Origin: an uncultured Chloroflexia bacterium | GTDB taxonomy: Bacteria > Chloroflexota > Limnocylindria > Limnocylindrales > CSP1-4 | Direction of reading: 5' to 3' | Assembly (NCBI GenBank): GCA_963754485.1 | Contig: CAVWFY010000009.1 | Span: forward strand, 8,747-72,746 | Length of the DNA stretch: 64,000 nucleotides | In this document: piece after piece, positions 8,781 to 18,656 of the stretch | Layout: every line of letters begins with the position of its first letter | Numbering within the stretch: the stretch's first letter is position 1 | Notes under the pieces: generated by a model | What the model was told of the DNA's origin: nothing | The model's database searches: none | What the model saw: only the letters and a program-made list of their open reading frames with translations | Position numbers and translations under genes: made by a program

Positions 8781-9194
8781 TTGCCGCTCTTCTACGCGGA
8801 TGCATCGGCACTCGTCAAGCTCGTGAGGGACGAACCCGAGAGCGATGCGCTGCGGGCGTTCCTGGCCGATTCGGACATCGTCTCGAGCGAGCTCGTGCTG
8901 GCCGAGGTGCCACGGGCCATCCGGCGTGCTGCAGCTCGTGACCCCAGGCTGACCCTTGACATCCTCATCCAGCGCGCCGATGAAACCCTCGATGGGGTTG
9001 CCATGCTGCCGCTCGAACGCGCCTTGCTCCTCGCGGCCGGAGCACTCGCCGAGCCCGCGCTGCGTGCGCTGGATGCGATCCACGTGGCCGCAGCCGTGGA
9101 CCTCGCACCCATCGACGGCTTCGTGACCTATGACGAACGCCAGGCCGCTGCGGCCCGGCTTGTGGGCCTGCGGACGGTGTCGCCCGGCGGCTGA
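8781..9194 (+). CDS. vapC: PIN-domain ribonuclease toxin (VapC family)
   Basis: It has a TTG start. The conserved acidic positions are present (FYADASAL, SSELVLAEV, ALDAIHVAAA, FVTYDERQ). Its size (137 aa) and its position after the antitoxin both fit. Confidence 0.8.
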   Translation: MPLFYADASALVKLVRDEPESDALRAFLADSDIVSSELVLAEVPRAIRRAAARDPRLTLDILIQRADETLDGVAMLPLERALLLAAGALAEPALRALDAIHVAAAVDLAPIDGFVTYDERQAAAARLVGLRTVSPGG

Positions 9195-9363
9195 CGCTCA
9201 CCTCTGGCGCCCCAATACGGGAGTGGTGTCGCGACGGACGTCCACGGCCGCCGGGCTGGCGTCGGCCGCGAACCGCCGTTGGACTCGTGGACGAGCAGGG
9301 GACGATCCGCCCGGCGTAGGATCGTGTCAGCGCCGCGCGTCCCGGCCCCGCTCGGGAGGATGT

Positions 9364-12189
9364 GTGGACGAGCCCATCATCGGCCGCGACCGCGAGCTTG
9401 CGGAGCTCGATGCCGCATTGGACGACGAGTCACGGTGGGCGACGGGGGCGATCCTCGTCGGACCGGCCGGCGCGGGCAAGACCACGCTGTGGCGCGCCGC
9501 CGTCGACGGAGCCAGGGCACGCGGGCGGAGGGTGCTCGAAGCGTCGCCGGCACGCGCGGAGGCGAGACTCTCGTACGCGGCGCTCGGCGACCTCTTGTCG
9601 ACCCTCGACGACACGGCATGGGCGTCGCTACCGGGACCGCAGCGCCGGGCGCTTGATGTGGCACTGCTGCGTGCCGACCCCGGCGGACAGGGCGCTGAGG
9701 CGCGCGCAATCGCCGTCGGACTGGTGACGCTTCTCCGGTCCCTCAGTCTCGTCGATGCGCCGCTCGTGGTCGCCATCGACGACGCCCAGTGGTTGGACGG
9801 GCCCTCGTCGGCAGCCATCGCCTACGCGCTCCGGCGCCTTGCAGACTCCCCGATCATCGTCCTCGCCTCGATCCGGGCAGACCTCGGGGAGGCGCCGCCC
9901 GCCCTCGTGGACGCCATGACCGCCTGGCCGCTGCGCGAGATCGCCGTGGGACCCCTGTCGGTGGGGGCGGTGTTCGAGCTCCTGCGCCTGCGTGCCGGGG
10001 TACGCCTCTCGCGTCCGCAGCTCCTGCGGGTCCACCGGGCAACCGGCGGCAACCCGTACTTCGCCCTCGAGATCGGGCGCGCCCTTCGTGACCAGCCCGC
10101 TGGGTCGACGGACCGCCTTCCACTGCCCGCCTCCCTCGTGGCAGCGACACGACGGCGCCTCGAGGCACTCTCGCCCGCCGCGCGCGGCCTGCTGCTGGCC
10201 GCTTCGGCCCTCCCCGAGCCCGACGCGGAAACCCTGGTCGGGCTGGCCGGCGGGCAGGACGCCGCCCAGGCCGCGCTGGGAGAGGTCGTCGCTGCCGGAA
10301 TCCTCATCGTGACCGGGGCGCGGGTCCGGTTCGCGCACCCGCTCCTCGCGGAGACGGCTTACGCGATGGCCACTTCCGTCGAGCGCCGCCGGCTTCACGA
10401 GCGGCTGGCGGCGCTCGCCCGTAACCCGGAGGAGCGGGCTCGGCATCTGGCGGTGGCCAGCGTCGGTCCGGCCGCGCCAGTCGCTGCAGCGCTGGACCGG
10501 GCCGCCGCGGCCGCGCGTGACCGGGGCGCACCCGACGTCGCAGCGGAGCTGGCGGAGCGCGCCCTCGAGCTCACGCCGCCCGCGCGCACGCTCGACGTCC
10601 ATGCGCGCCGGCTCCGGGCCGCACGCGCCCACTTCGAGGCCGGCGACCCGGCCCGCGCGGTCTCCCTGCTGACGGCGCCACCGAACGGCGCCGACCTTGG
10701 TCACGCGCCTGCTCCGGGGACGCCCGCCGGTGAGCGCGAGGCCGAGCGACTGGTGGCGCTCGCCGAGGTCAACGCCCAGGCTTCCGGCGTCACGACGGGG
10801 CTGCCCATGTACGAGCGGGCCCTTACGCTGACCAAGGACCCCGGCCTGCGCAGCCGGATCAACGCCGACCTTGCGTCGGCGTTCGCCGACGCGTTCGAGC
10901 TCGAGAGCGCGCGCGCCCACGCGGACACGGCCGTCGCGGCGGCGCGCGAGGCCGGCAGGAGAGATGTCCTGCTGCGGGCCCTCGCGGTCGCCGCGTACGT
11001 GGCCACCATCACGGGCAACCCCGCCGCTGACGCGCTGCTGCGCGAGGGGACAGCGCTGGAGCGGCCACGCGAGTCCTACCGCGACCCGCGGTCGGTACGG
11101 TTCGTCGCGGCGCTCCACGCCCTCTATGAGGACCGCATCGAGGACGCGCGGCGCACGATGGGAGACCTCGCCCAGGCGGCCGAGGCGGCCGGCGCTGTCA
11201 CAGCGCAGGCATTCCTTGCCTACTCCAGCCTCATCGAGCGGCGGGCCGGCCGTTTCGCCCTGGCGCTCGCGCTCGCCGACCAGTCCCACGATGTCGCGCT
11301 GCAGGCCGGCCGCGAGGCCGCCGTACCGCTGGCGCTCCACCTCCGGGCGCAGGCCCTCGCGCACCTCGGCCAGGCGGCGGAGGCCCGAGCGGTCGCAGAG
11401 CAGGTGCTCGCGTACGCCGCGGCGACCGGACAGCAATACCGGCTGGGCCTCGTCGACCGGGGGATGCTCGGTTTTCTCGCGCTCTCGGAGGGTGATGCCG
11501 GCACGGCCTTCGCGATCCTCGATCCGGCCGCGGACGCCCTCGCCGCGCGCGACCCCGGCGAGCCGAGCGTCTTCACGTTCCTTCCGGACGCGATCGAGGC
11601 CGCCGTGGAGACCGGCCACGTCGAACGGGCACTCATCCTGCTGGAGCGCCTCGAGACGCCGGCCACGCAGCTGGGCCGTGGGTGGGCGCTCCAGGCGGCG
11701 TGGCGATGTCGCGGCCTGATCGAGGTCGCGGTCGGGAACGACGACCTGGCGGCTGCCGCGTTCGAGCGGGCGCTCGAGGTGCACACAGGGCTGCCGTCTC
11801 CTCGCCCGTTCGAGCTGGGCCGGGTACTCCTCGGCATGGGCTCGCTCCAACGCCGGCGGCACGAGAAGGCAGCGGCCCGGGAGACGCTGGCCCGCGCGGG
11901 CGACGCGTTCCAGGAGACGGGGGCGGTCCTGTGGCAGGCCCGCGCGCGCGCCGAGGCAGCCCGGATCGGCGGCCGCCGGACGGAGAGAAGGGACCTCTCC
12001 GAGGTGGAAGGGCGGATCGCGAACCTTGTCGCCGCCGGGCGGTCGAACAAGGAGGTCGCCGCCGACCTGGGCATCAGCCCCAAGACGGTGGCGTGGAACC
12101 TGTCCAAGGTCTACGCGAAGACCGGCGCCTCCTCGCGGACCGAGCTCGTCATCCACATGCGCGGCCGAAGGGCGATCGCCCCGGACTGA
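9364..12189 (+). CDS. LuxR-family transcriptional regulator with N-terminal AAA/STAND ATPase and TPR-like middle region (LAL type)
   Basis: A GTG at 9364 gives the start (M)DEPIIGRDRELAELD. It has a Walker A motif (GPAGAGKTTL), Walker B (LVVAIDDAQWLD), a long helical repeat region and a C-terminal LuxR HTH (EVEGRIANLVAAGRSNKEVAADLGISPKTVAWNLSKVYAKTG). Confidence 0.85.
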   Translation: MDEPIIGRDRELAELDAALDDESRWATGAILVGPAGAGKTTLWRAAVDGARARGRRVLEASPARAEARLSYAALGDLLSTLDDTAWASLPGPQRRALDVALLRADPGGQGAEARAIAVGLVTLLRSLSLVDAPLVVAIDDAQWLDGPSSAAIAYALRRLADSPIIVLASIRADLGEAPPALVDAMTAWPLREIAVGPLSVGAVFELLRLRAGVRLSRPQLLRVHRATGGNPYFALEIGRALRDQPAGSTDRLPLPASLVAATRRRLEALSPAARGLLLAASALPEPDAETLVGLAGGQDAAQAALGEVVAAGILIVTGARVRFAHPLLAETAYAMATSVERRRLHERLAALARNPEERARHLAVASVGPAAPVAAALDRAAAAARDRGAPDVAAELAERALELTPPARTLDVHARRLRAARAHFEAGDPARAVSLLTAPPNGADLGHAPAPGTPAGEREAERLVALAEVNAQASGVTTGLPMYERALTLTKDPGLRSRINADLASAFADAFELESARAHADTAVAAAREAGRRDVLLRALAVAAYVATITGNPAADALLREGTALERPRESYRDPRSVRFVAALHALYEDRIEDARRTMGDLAQAAEAAGAVTAQAFLAYSSLIERRAGRFALALALADQSHDVALQAGREAAVPLALHLRAQALAHLGQAAEARAVAEQVLAYAAATGQQYRLGLVDRGMLGFLALSEGDAGTAFAILDPAADALAARDPGEPSVFTFLPDAIEAAVETGHVERALILLERLETPATQLGRGWALQAAWRCRGLIEVAVGNDDLAAAAFERALEVHTGLPSPRPFELGRVLLGMGSLQRRRHEKAAARETLARAGDAFQETGAVLWQARARAEAARIGGRRTERRDLSEVEGRIANLVAAGRSNKEVAADLGISPKTVAWNLSKVYAKTGASSRTELVIHMRGRRAIAPD

Positions 12190-12341
12190 CCGGTCCGGGC
12201 TCGCGGTGCGCGCCTCGTCACCCACCGCGCCCGGACCGCCTGCATGGCAAACCCCGAACGATGTCCGGTTGTTCGGCCTCGGCCCGAGGCCTACCGTCGA
12301 TGCCGGACGGACGCCCACTGGTGGCGCCCAAGGAGGTTCCC

Positions 12342-12701
12342 ATGAAGCGGACTGTGCGAGCCGTCGTGCTCGCGGTGGCGGTCATGGCGATGATGGTTCC
12401 GGCAGTCTCGGCCGACGGAAACTGGGGGGTCGAGAGGGAGCGGGAGTTCACCTGCGACAGCGGGAAGATGACGCTGTCGATCATCATGCCGCCGAGTGAG
12501 TTCACCACGCCCGCGATCGTCCCGTTCCACGTGGTCGGGTCGGGTTCTGTGCTCGTGCCATTCGTCTTCACGTTCGAGGGCACAACCTACCTGTCGAAGC
12601 CGCTCGCGGCCCGGCATGGTGATCGTCTCGTGCGTTGCGAGTACGAGGATCCGCAAGGGTGGTTCATCGAGATCACGGGTCTCCTGACGCCCGCGCGCTG
12701 A
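12342..12701 (+). CDS. small secreted protein of unknown function
   Basis: An AAGGAGG motif lies 5 nt upstream of the ATG at 12342. The signal peptide is MKRTVRAVVLAVAVMAMMVPAVSADG, and third-position GC is high. I recognise no domain. Confidence 0.65.
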   Translation: MKRTVRAVVLAVAVMAMMVPAVSADGNWGVEREREFTCDSGKMTLSIIMPPSEFTTPAIVPFHVVGSGSVLVPFVFTFEGTTYLSKPLAARHGDRLVRCEYEDPQGWFIEITGLLTPAR

Positions 12702-12708
12702 CGCGATC

Positions 12709-13053
12709 GTGCCGACCTTCCTCGTGGAACGCTACCTGCCCGGCATGCCGCCCGACGGCATCCGGGCAGGCGTCGCCCGCACGCGCGACGCGGCAGAGGC
12801 CATGCGTGCCGAGGGCTTCCAGGTCCGCCACCGGGCGACGCTCGTCGTCGCGGAGGACGACCTCTGCCTGTGCCGCTTCACGGCCGCCTCCGCGGGCCTG
12901 GTCGAGGAAGCCTGCCGGCGCGCGGCATTCCCGTACGCCCGGATCCTGTCGGCGGCAGCCGTGAGGATCCCACGCCAGCCCACCCGCGAGGCGCAGCCCG
13001 GGGGGCCGTCCCGCGTCGGCCTCGAGTCTCGGAGGTACCCGCATCATGCCTGA
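12709..13053 (+). CDS. DUF4242-like small protein
   Basis: It has a GTG start. The N-terminus (M)PTFLVERYLPG resembles DUF4242 family proteins as I remember them. It overlaps the next gene by 8 nt. Confidence 0.5.
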   Translation: MPTFLVERYLPGMPPDGIRAGVARTRDAAEAMRAEGFQVRHRATLVVAEDDLCLCRFTAASAGLVEEACRRAAFPYARILSAAAVRIPRQPTREAQPGGPSRVGLESRRYPHHA

Positions 13054-13966
13054 GCCGCAGATCCTGCTGTGTGGAGCGACCGGAGCACTGGGAGGCGCGA
13101 TCGCGAGCCGCCTCCAGGCTCGCGGCATCCCGTTCCGCGCCCTCGTGCGGCCGGGTCACGCCGCGACGGCTCCGGCCGGCACCGGGATCGAACATGTCGT
13201 GGGTGACCTGCGCGATCCGGTGTCCCTGCGCGTCGCCGTCGCCGGCGTCGGCACCGTCATCAGCACCGCCAACTCGATCTCGCGCGTGCTCGCGGGCGAT
13301 GCCGATCTGTCGATCCGGGAGGTGGACGACCGCGGGTACGCGAACCTGATCGCGGCATGCGAGCAGGCGGGCGTGGAGCGGTTCGTGTTCGCGTCGATGC
13401 TGGGGGACTTCGGCGTGGCCCGGACGCCGTTCACGGATGCCAAGCTCGCCACGGAACGGCGGCTCCGCGCATCGCGGATGCACGAGGTGATCGTGCGCCC
13501 GGACATGTTCCAGGAGGTCTGGCTGTCGCCCGCCGTCGGGTTCGACTGGCCGCATGGCAAGGTCACCGTGTACGGCAGGGGCGAGTCGCCGCATGCCTAC
13601 ATCGGCATCGGCGACGTTGCCGAGGCAATGGTTCGCCTGGCACTGGCCGAGGACCCGCCGCGCGTCGTGGAGATGGGCGGGCCGGAGGCCATGTCGCCCA
13701 ACGAGGCCGTCGCCGCGTTCGAGCGCGTCCTCGGGAGGGCGATCAAGACGAGCCACGTCCCGCGGCTGATGATGCGGGTCGGCCGGACCGTGATGCGCGG
13801 CGTGAAGCCAGTCACGGCGTCGCTCATGGGCATGGCCCTCGCGTCGGACCTTGCCCCGACCACGGTGCGCGACGAGGCCCTGCGCGAGCTCGGCATCGAT
13901 GCGCGTCCGGTACGGCGCTACATCGACCAGGCGGCGGCCGCGGGGGGCCAGGCGCCCGCCGGCTGA
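13046..13966 (+). CDS. NmrA/SDR-like NAD(P)-binding oxidoreductase
   Basis: It has a Rossmann glycine motif at the N-terminus (ILLCGATGALGGAI) and is about 300 aa long. Confidence 0.7.
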   Translation: MPEPQILLCGATGALGGAIASRLQARGIPFRALVRPGHAATAPAGTGIEHVVGDLRDPVSLRVAVAGVGTVISTANSISRVLAGDADLSIREVDDRGYANLIAACEQAGVERFVFASMLGDFGVARTPFTDAKLATERRLRASRMHEVIVRPDMFQEVWLSPAVGFDWPHGKVTVYGRGESPHAYIGIGDVAEAMVRLALAEDPPRVVEMGGPEAMSPNEAVAAFERVLGRAIKTSHVPRLMMRVGRTVMRGVKPVTASLMGMALASDLAPTTVRDEALRELGIDARPVRRYIDQAAAAGGQAPAG

Positions 13967-14119
13967 GGGGGGATGAGGGCGGACGGGATGGCGCACCCTT
14001 CGTCAGCGTGACGAACGACGCCACTCCGTCCGCCCGTCGCTGGCCGACGTGGAAGGGTCCCACCGGGCCGGCCTCCTGGTAGCTCTGCGACCTGCCGCTC
14101 GGGCTACCATGGACGTCCC

Positions 14120-17100
14120 GTGACCATCGCCCCGAACGACTTCGTCCACCTCCACACCCACTCGGAGTTCAGCCTGCTGGACGGGCTGGGGCGGATCACC
14201 GACCTCGTCGACACCTCGGTCAAGCACGGGTTCGACAGCCTCGCCATCACCGACCACGGGGCGCTCTACGGCTCGGTCGCGTTCTACCAGGCGGCCACCA
14301 AGGCGGGCATCAAGCCGATCATCGGCGTGGAGACCTATGTCGCCCGGCGGTCGATGACGGACAAGGAGGGCAAGGCCGACAGCCAGCCCTTCCACCTCCT
14401 CCTGCTCGCGACCGACATGACCGGCTACCAGAACCTGTGCCGGCTGGTCACGGACGCCCACATCGACGGCTACTACTACAAGCCCCGTATCGACCGTGAG
14501 CACCTGGCGAAGCACAGCCAGGGCCTCGTTGGCATGTCCGCCTGCCTCGGCGGTGAGATCCCCAAGGCCCTCGAGGTGGACGACTGGGAGCTGGCCCGCA
14601 CGCTTGCCGGCGAGTACGGCGACATCTTCGGCAAGGACCGGTTCTTCCTGGAGCTGCAGGATCACGGGATCCCCGAACAGCGCCGCCTCAACGAGCAGCT
14701 GCTCCGCCTGGCCCCCGAGACCGGCCTGCCCCTGGTCGTCACCAACGACCTCCATTACGTGCACCAGGAGCAGCACGAGGCCCACGACGTCCTGCTCTGC
14801 GTCGGTACCGGGAGCAACCTCGACACGCAGAACCGGATGCGCTTCGAGGGCAAGGAGTTCTACCTCAAGACCGCGGCCGAGATGTTCCGCCTCTTCCCGG
14901 ACCAGCGCGAGGCGTTTCTCAACACCCGGCGCGTCGCAGAGATGGTGGACCTCAAGCTGCCGCTCGGCGAGCTGCGGATCCCGCACTTCCCGGTGCCCGA
15001 CGGCGAGACCGTCGAGAGCTGGCTGCGCAAGGAGTGCGAGGCCGGCCTCGTCCGCCGCTACGGCGCGATCACGCCGGAGCTCCAGGCACGGCTGGACTAC
15101 GAGCTGGGCGTGATCCTCTCGATGGGCTACGCGGGCTACTTCCTGATCGTCGCCGACTTCGTCCGCTTCGCCCGGGAGCAGGGGATCGCGACCACCTGCC
15201 GCGGTTCCGCACCCGGCTCGATCGTCACCTACACCCTGGGCATCACGCCGGTGGACCCGCTCCACTACGGGCTCCCGTTCGAGCGCTTCCTCAACCCGGA
15301 CCGGGTGACGATGCCCGACATCGACGTGGACTTCGAGGACGAGCGCCGGGACGAGGTCATCAACTACGTCAGCCGCAAGTACGGCACGGACCACGTCGCC
15401 CAGATCATCACCTTCGGCACGATGCTGGCCCGGGCGGCGATCCGCGACGTGGGCCGGGTGATGGGCATGGGCTACGGGGACGTGGACCGCATCGCCAAGG
15501 CCGTCCCCAACCAGCTGGGCATCAAGCTCTCCGAGGCGCTGCAGCTCAGCCCGCAGCTCAAGGAGATGCACGACGGCGACCCCCAGATCGGCAAGCTGAT
15601 CGGGTTCGCGCAGCAGCTCGAGGGGGTCGCCCGCAATGCGTCCACCCACGCGGCCGGCGTGGTGATCTCGCGTGAACCCCTGACCGAGCTCATGCCGCTC
15701 CAGAAGGCGACCAACTCCGACGCCCTCATGACCCAGTACGAGATGCACGGCATCGAGGCGCTGGGCCTGCTCAAGTTCGACTTCCTGGGCCTGTCCAACC
15801 TCACGATCCTGCGCAAGGCCGTGGACCTGATCCGCGAGCACCGCGGGGTCGAGGTGGACCTGGACAACATCCCGCTCGACGATGCGCAGACGTTCGAGCT
15901 CCTGGCCTCCGGCGAGACGACCGGCGTGTTCCAGCTCGAGTCCGCGGGCATGCGTCGCTACGTCCGCGAGCTGCAGCCGTCATCGGTCTTCGACCTGGCG
16001 GCCATGGTGGCGCTCTACCGTCCCGGTCCCATGGACAACATCCCGGCCTACATCCGGCGCAAGCACGGCCAGGAGCCGGTGGTCTACCTCCACCCGCTGC
16101 TCGAGCCGTTCCTGAACCGGACCTACGGGATCTTCGTCTACCAGGAGGACATCATGGCCGCGGCCATGGCCCTGGGCGGCTTCAGCGGTCCCGAGGCGGA
16201 CATGCTGGGCTACGCGATCCGCAAGAAGAAGTCGTCGGTGCTGCGGTCGATGAAGGAGACGTTCGTCGAGCGGGCGGCCGAGCGGGGCGTCCCGGCTCGG
16301 ACCATCGACGCGGTGTTCAAGGCCTTCGAGCCCTTCGAGCGCTACGGGTTCAACAAGGCCCACGCCACCTGCTACGGGCTCATTGCCTACCAGACGGCGT
16401 ACCTCAAGGCGAACTACACGGTCGACTACATGACGTCCGTGCTGTCTGCGTTCCGCGACAACGCCGAGAAGGTGGCGGCCGCGATCGCGGAGTGCCGGCG
16501 CCTGGGCATCGACGTCCGCACGCCGGACGTCCACCGCTCGCACCTGGGCTTCACGGTCGAGGACGGGGCCATCCGGTTCGGTCTGCTCGCGGTCAAGAAC
16601 GTGGGTGAGGGCGCGATCGAGTCGATCATCAAGGCCCGCGAGGAGGGCGGCGAGTTCCGCTCGCTGACGGACTTCTGCACCCGCGTCGACCTGCGCCTGG
16701 CCAACCGCAAGGTGCTGGAGGCGTTGGCCAAGGTCGGCGCCCTCAACTGCTTCGGGCACCCGGCGCAGATCCTGCTGGGTCTCGACGATGCGCTCGCCGC
16801 CGGCCAGGCCGCCCAGCGCGACCGGATCAGCGGCCAGACGTCGCTGTTCGACATCGGCGGCGACGAGGCGGCCACCCTCGAGCGTCCGCTGCCGTCCACG
16901 CCCGAGACCCCGGTCCGCGAGCGCCTCCGCTGGGAGAAGGAGCTCCTGGGGTTGTACCTCTCCGACCACCCCATGGGCGAGGTGGCCGAGCGGGTGGGCA
17001 ACTACGTGACCGCCTACAGCGGAGACCTGCGCGACGAGTCGCTCGACGGCCAGCGGGTGGTCCTGGGCGGCATCGTCACCGGGGTCCGCTCCGTGATGAC

Positions 17101-17851
17101 CAAGGCGCGCGCCACGATGGCGGTCGTCACCCTGGAGGACCTGCAGGGGACCCTGGAGGTCGTCGTGTTCCCCAAGACCTACGAGACGACGATGGGGACA
17201 TGGCGCGACGGCGCGATCCTCCTGGTCGCCGGGCGCGTGGACCACCGGGGCGACGAGGCATCGCTGCTGGCCGACTCGGTATGGGACTGGGATGCGGCCG
17301 AGGAGCGCGGGGCGGAGGCGTTCGCACGCGAGGTGGGGTCGCTGGACAAGCGGTCCCGGCGCGGACCCGGTGGAGGGCAGAACGGCGGGGGCGGGAACGG
17401 CGGCGCACGGACGAACGGCGGCGCCCGGACGAACGGCGGCGCCACGCCGGCAACCCCCGTCCCGACCTACTCCGAGCCGCCCGATCTCGTCACTGCCACC
17501 GGTGCCGGCGGTGCGGAGATCGCGGAGGAGACGCCGCTCCCCGAGGAGGCCGGAGCCCGGGCCGTGGCGGCGGCCCAGGCCCCGTCCCGACCCATCGAGG
17601 CGGCACCCGGGGCCGTGCTAAACGTCCGCTTCGCTCGCGGCGCCGGGACGGACCGCGTCGTGTCGGCGATGCACGCCTTCAAGGCTGTGCTCCGCGAGCG
17701 GCCGGGGGCGACGAGGGTGGTCGTGCACGTGCCCGCGCCAGGCGGCGATGCGCTGCCCATGGAACTGCGGGGCGTGGCCTACGACGCGGAGTTGATCGCC
17801 GAGGTACGCCGCCGCGCGGGCGACGGAGTCATCGAGCTCCAGCTGGGCTGA
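14120..17851 (+). CDS. dnaE: DNA polymerase III alpha subunit
   Basis: It has a PHP domain start (FVHLHTHSEFSLLDG), palm/fingers motifs (MPDIDVDF, GLLKFDFLGL) and an OB-fold region. It is intact over 1243 aa, with a roughly 190-aa C-terminal extension. Confidence 0.95.
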   Translation: MTIAPNDFVHLHTHSEFSLLDGLGRITDLVDTSVKHGFDSLAITDHGALYGSVAFYQAATKAGIKPIIGVETYVARRSMTDKEGKADSQPFHLLLLATDMTGYQNLCRLVTDAHIDGYYYKPRIDREHLAKHSQGLVGMSACLGGEIPKALEVDDWELARTLAGEYGDIFGKDRFFLELQDHGIPEQRRLNEQLLRLAPETGLPLVVTNDLHYVHQEQHEAHDVLLCVGTGSNLDTQNRMRFEGKEFYLKTAAEMFRLFPDQREAFLNTRRVAEMVDLKLPLGELRIPHFPVPDGETVESWLRKECEAGLVRRYGAITPELQARLDYELGVILSMGYAGYFLIVADFVRFAREQGIATTCRGSAPGSIVTYTLGITPVDPLHYGLPFERFLNPDRVTMPDIDVDFEDERRDEVINYVSRKYGTDHVAQIITFGTMLARAAIRDVGRVMGMGYGDVDRIAKAVPNQLGIKLSEALQLSPQLKEMHDGDPQIGKLIGFAQQLEGVARNASTHAAGVVISREPLTELMPLQKATNSDALMTQYEMHGIEALGLLKFDFLGLSNLTILRKAVDLIREHRGVEVDLDNIPLDDAQTFELLASGETTGVFQLESAGMRRYVRELQPSSVFDLAAMVALYRPGPMDNIPAYIRRKHGQEPVVYLHPLLEPFLNRTYGIFVYQEDIMAAAMALGGFSGPEADMLGYAIRKKKSSVLRSMKETFVERAAERGVPARTIDAVFKAFEPFERYGFNKAHATCYGLIAYQTAYLKANYTVDYMTSVLSAFRDNAEKVAAAIAECRRLGIDVRTPDVHRSHLGFTVEDGAIRFGLLAVKNVGEGAIESIIKAREEGGEFRSLTDFCTRVDLRLANRKVLEALAKVGALNCFGHPAQILLGLDDALAAGQAAQRDRISGQTSLFDIGGDEAATLERPLPSTPETPVRERLRWEKELLGLYLSDHPMGEVAERVGNYVTAYSGDLRDESLDGQRVVLGGIVTGVRSVMTKARATMAVVTLEDLQGTLEVVVFPKTYETTMGTWRDGAILLVAGRVDHRGDEASLLADSVWDWDAAEERGAEAFAREVGSLDKRSRRGPGGGQNGGGGNGGARTNGGARTNGGATPATPVPTYSEPPDLVTATGAGGAEIAEETPLPEEAGARAVAAAQAPSRPIEAAPGAVLNVRFARGAGTDRVVSAMHAFKAVLRERPGATRVVVHVPAPGGDALPMELRGVAYDAELIAEVRRRAGDGVIELQLG
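17399..17443 (+). repeat. 18-bp tandem repeat (2.5 units) inside the dnaE tail
   Basis: GGCGGCGCACGGACGAAC is followed by GGCGGCGCCCGGACGAAC and then GGCGGCGCC. Together they encode GGARTN-GGARTN-GGA. Confidence 0.9.
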
Positions 17852-17866
17852 CCACCCAGCTCCGGA

Positions 17867-18460
17867 TCAGGCCTGAGTCGTGTCTCCGGTCTGGGCGACC
17901 TCGCGCGCCGCGCGAACCCCGGAGATCTGGTCGTAGAACTCGACGCGGATCGCGTTGAGGTCCGGGCGCTCGACGTCCAGCTCCTCGGCCATCCGGTTGA
18001 CGAGCCAGGACTCCGTCGCGTCGATCTCATCGTCGGCGGACATGACCAGGAAGCAGCAGCGGATCAGGCGCTGGCGTTCCTCCATCGTGGAGATCGCCTT
18101 GAACTCGCGCGTGACCAGGAAGTCCTCGGTGGCCCCGAAGTCGCCTGCGAGCGTCGCGGCGAGATCGACGACCATCGGTGCGGTCGCTGGCTCCAGGCCG
18201 CCGGCCTCGGCGATCTTGAGGACCGCCGCCCGCTCGGCGTCGCTCATCCCGCCCGTGGCGTTCGCGGCGCGGCCGAGCAGGTAGGCGAAGGCGGCCACGT
18301 ACCGCGCTCGAGCCGGGGGCATGGCCGACAACGCAGCCGCGAGGATCCGCACGCTATCGGTTTCGCCCGCCTCCAGCTTGGGCAGGGGAGCGTCCGGGCT
18401 GGCGGGCGCGTCCTGCGGCGCTGGCGCGTCCATGTTGAAGATGTTGCGGAAGAGGCTCAT
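17867..18460 (-). CDS. TerB-like (tellurite-resistance TerB family) protein
   Basis: It shows a helical pattern with paired acidic motifs (MSDAERAAVLKIAE..., MSADDEIDATESWLVNRMAEEL) typical of TerB-fold proteins. It converges on dnaE with a 15-nt gap. Confidence 0.55.
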   Translation of the reverse strand: MSLFRNIFNMDAPAPQDAPASPDAPLPKLEAGETDSVRILAAALSAMPPARARYVAAFAYLLGRAANATGGMSDAERAAVLKIAEAGGLEPATAPMVVDLAATLAGDFGATEDFLVTREFKAISTMEERQRLIRCCFLVMSADDEIDATESWLVNRMAEELDVERPDLNAIRVEFYDQISGVRAAREVAQTGDTTQA

Positions 18461-18656
18461 CGGGACTCCGGAGGGTGGGCGAGGGGATCGGGCTGCTCAG
18501 CGTGTCGACGGAGTCTACCGAAGGTTGCGTCGCACGGCCTCGAACCGCCTCGAACAGCTACTGACGGGCCGCTGCGAGCCCGGTGGCAGACCGCTGCCCG
18601 CCCCAGCGCAGGGGGGGTGTGTGCGACCGGCCTCGCCCCCCGACTCGAGTCGTGCC

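Noticed and set aside
8499-12189. VapBC plus STAND ATPase as an anti-phage defence island (Avs-like)
   Set aside because: The STAND protein ends in a standard LuxR HTH and has no nuclease or other effector domain, so it fits the LAL/MalT regulator class. No other defence genes flank it.
9628-12318. 896-aa minus-strand ORF opposite the LAL regulator. Similar long shadow ORFs lie at 14003-15841, 15980-17245, 37775-39322, 38326-40956, 41389-43206 and 54271-55980.
   Set aside because: All are antisense or out of frame relative to genes with unmistakable motifs. They have low-complexity Arg/Pro/Gly-rich translations with no motifs. Stop codons are simply rare at this GC content.
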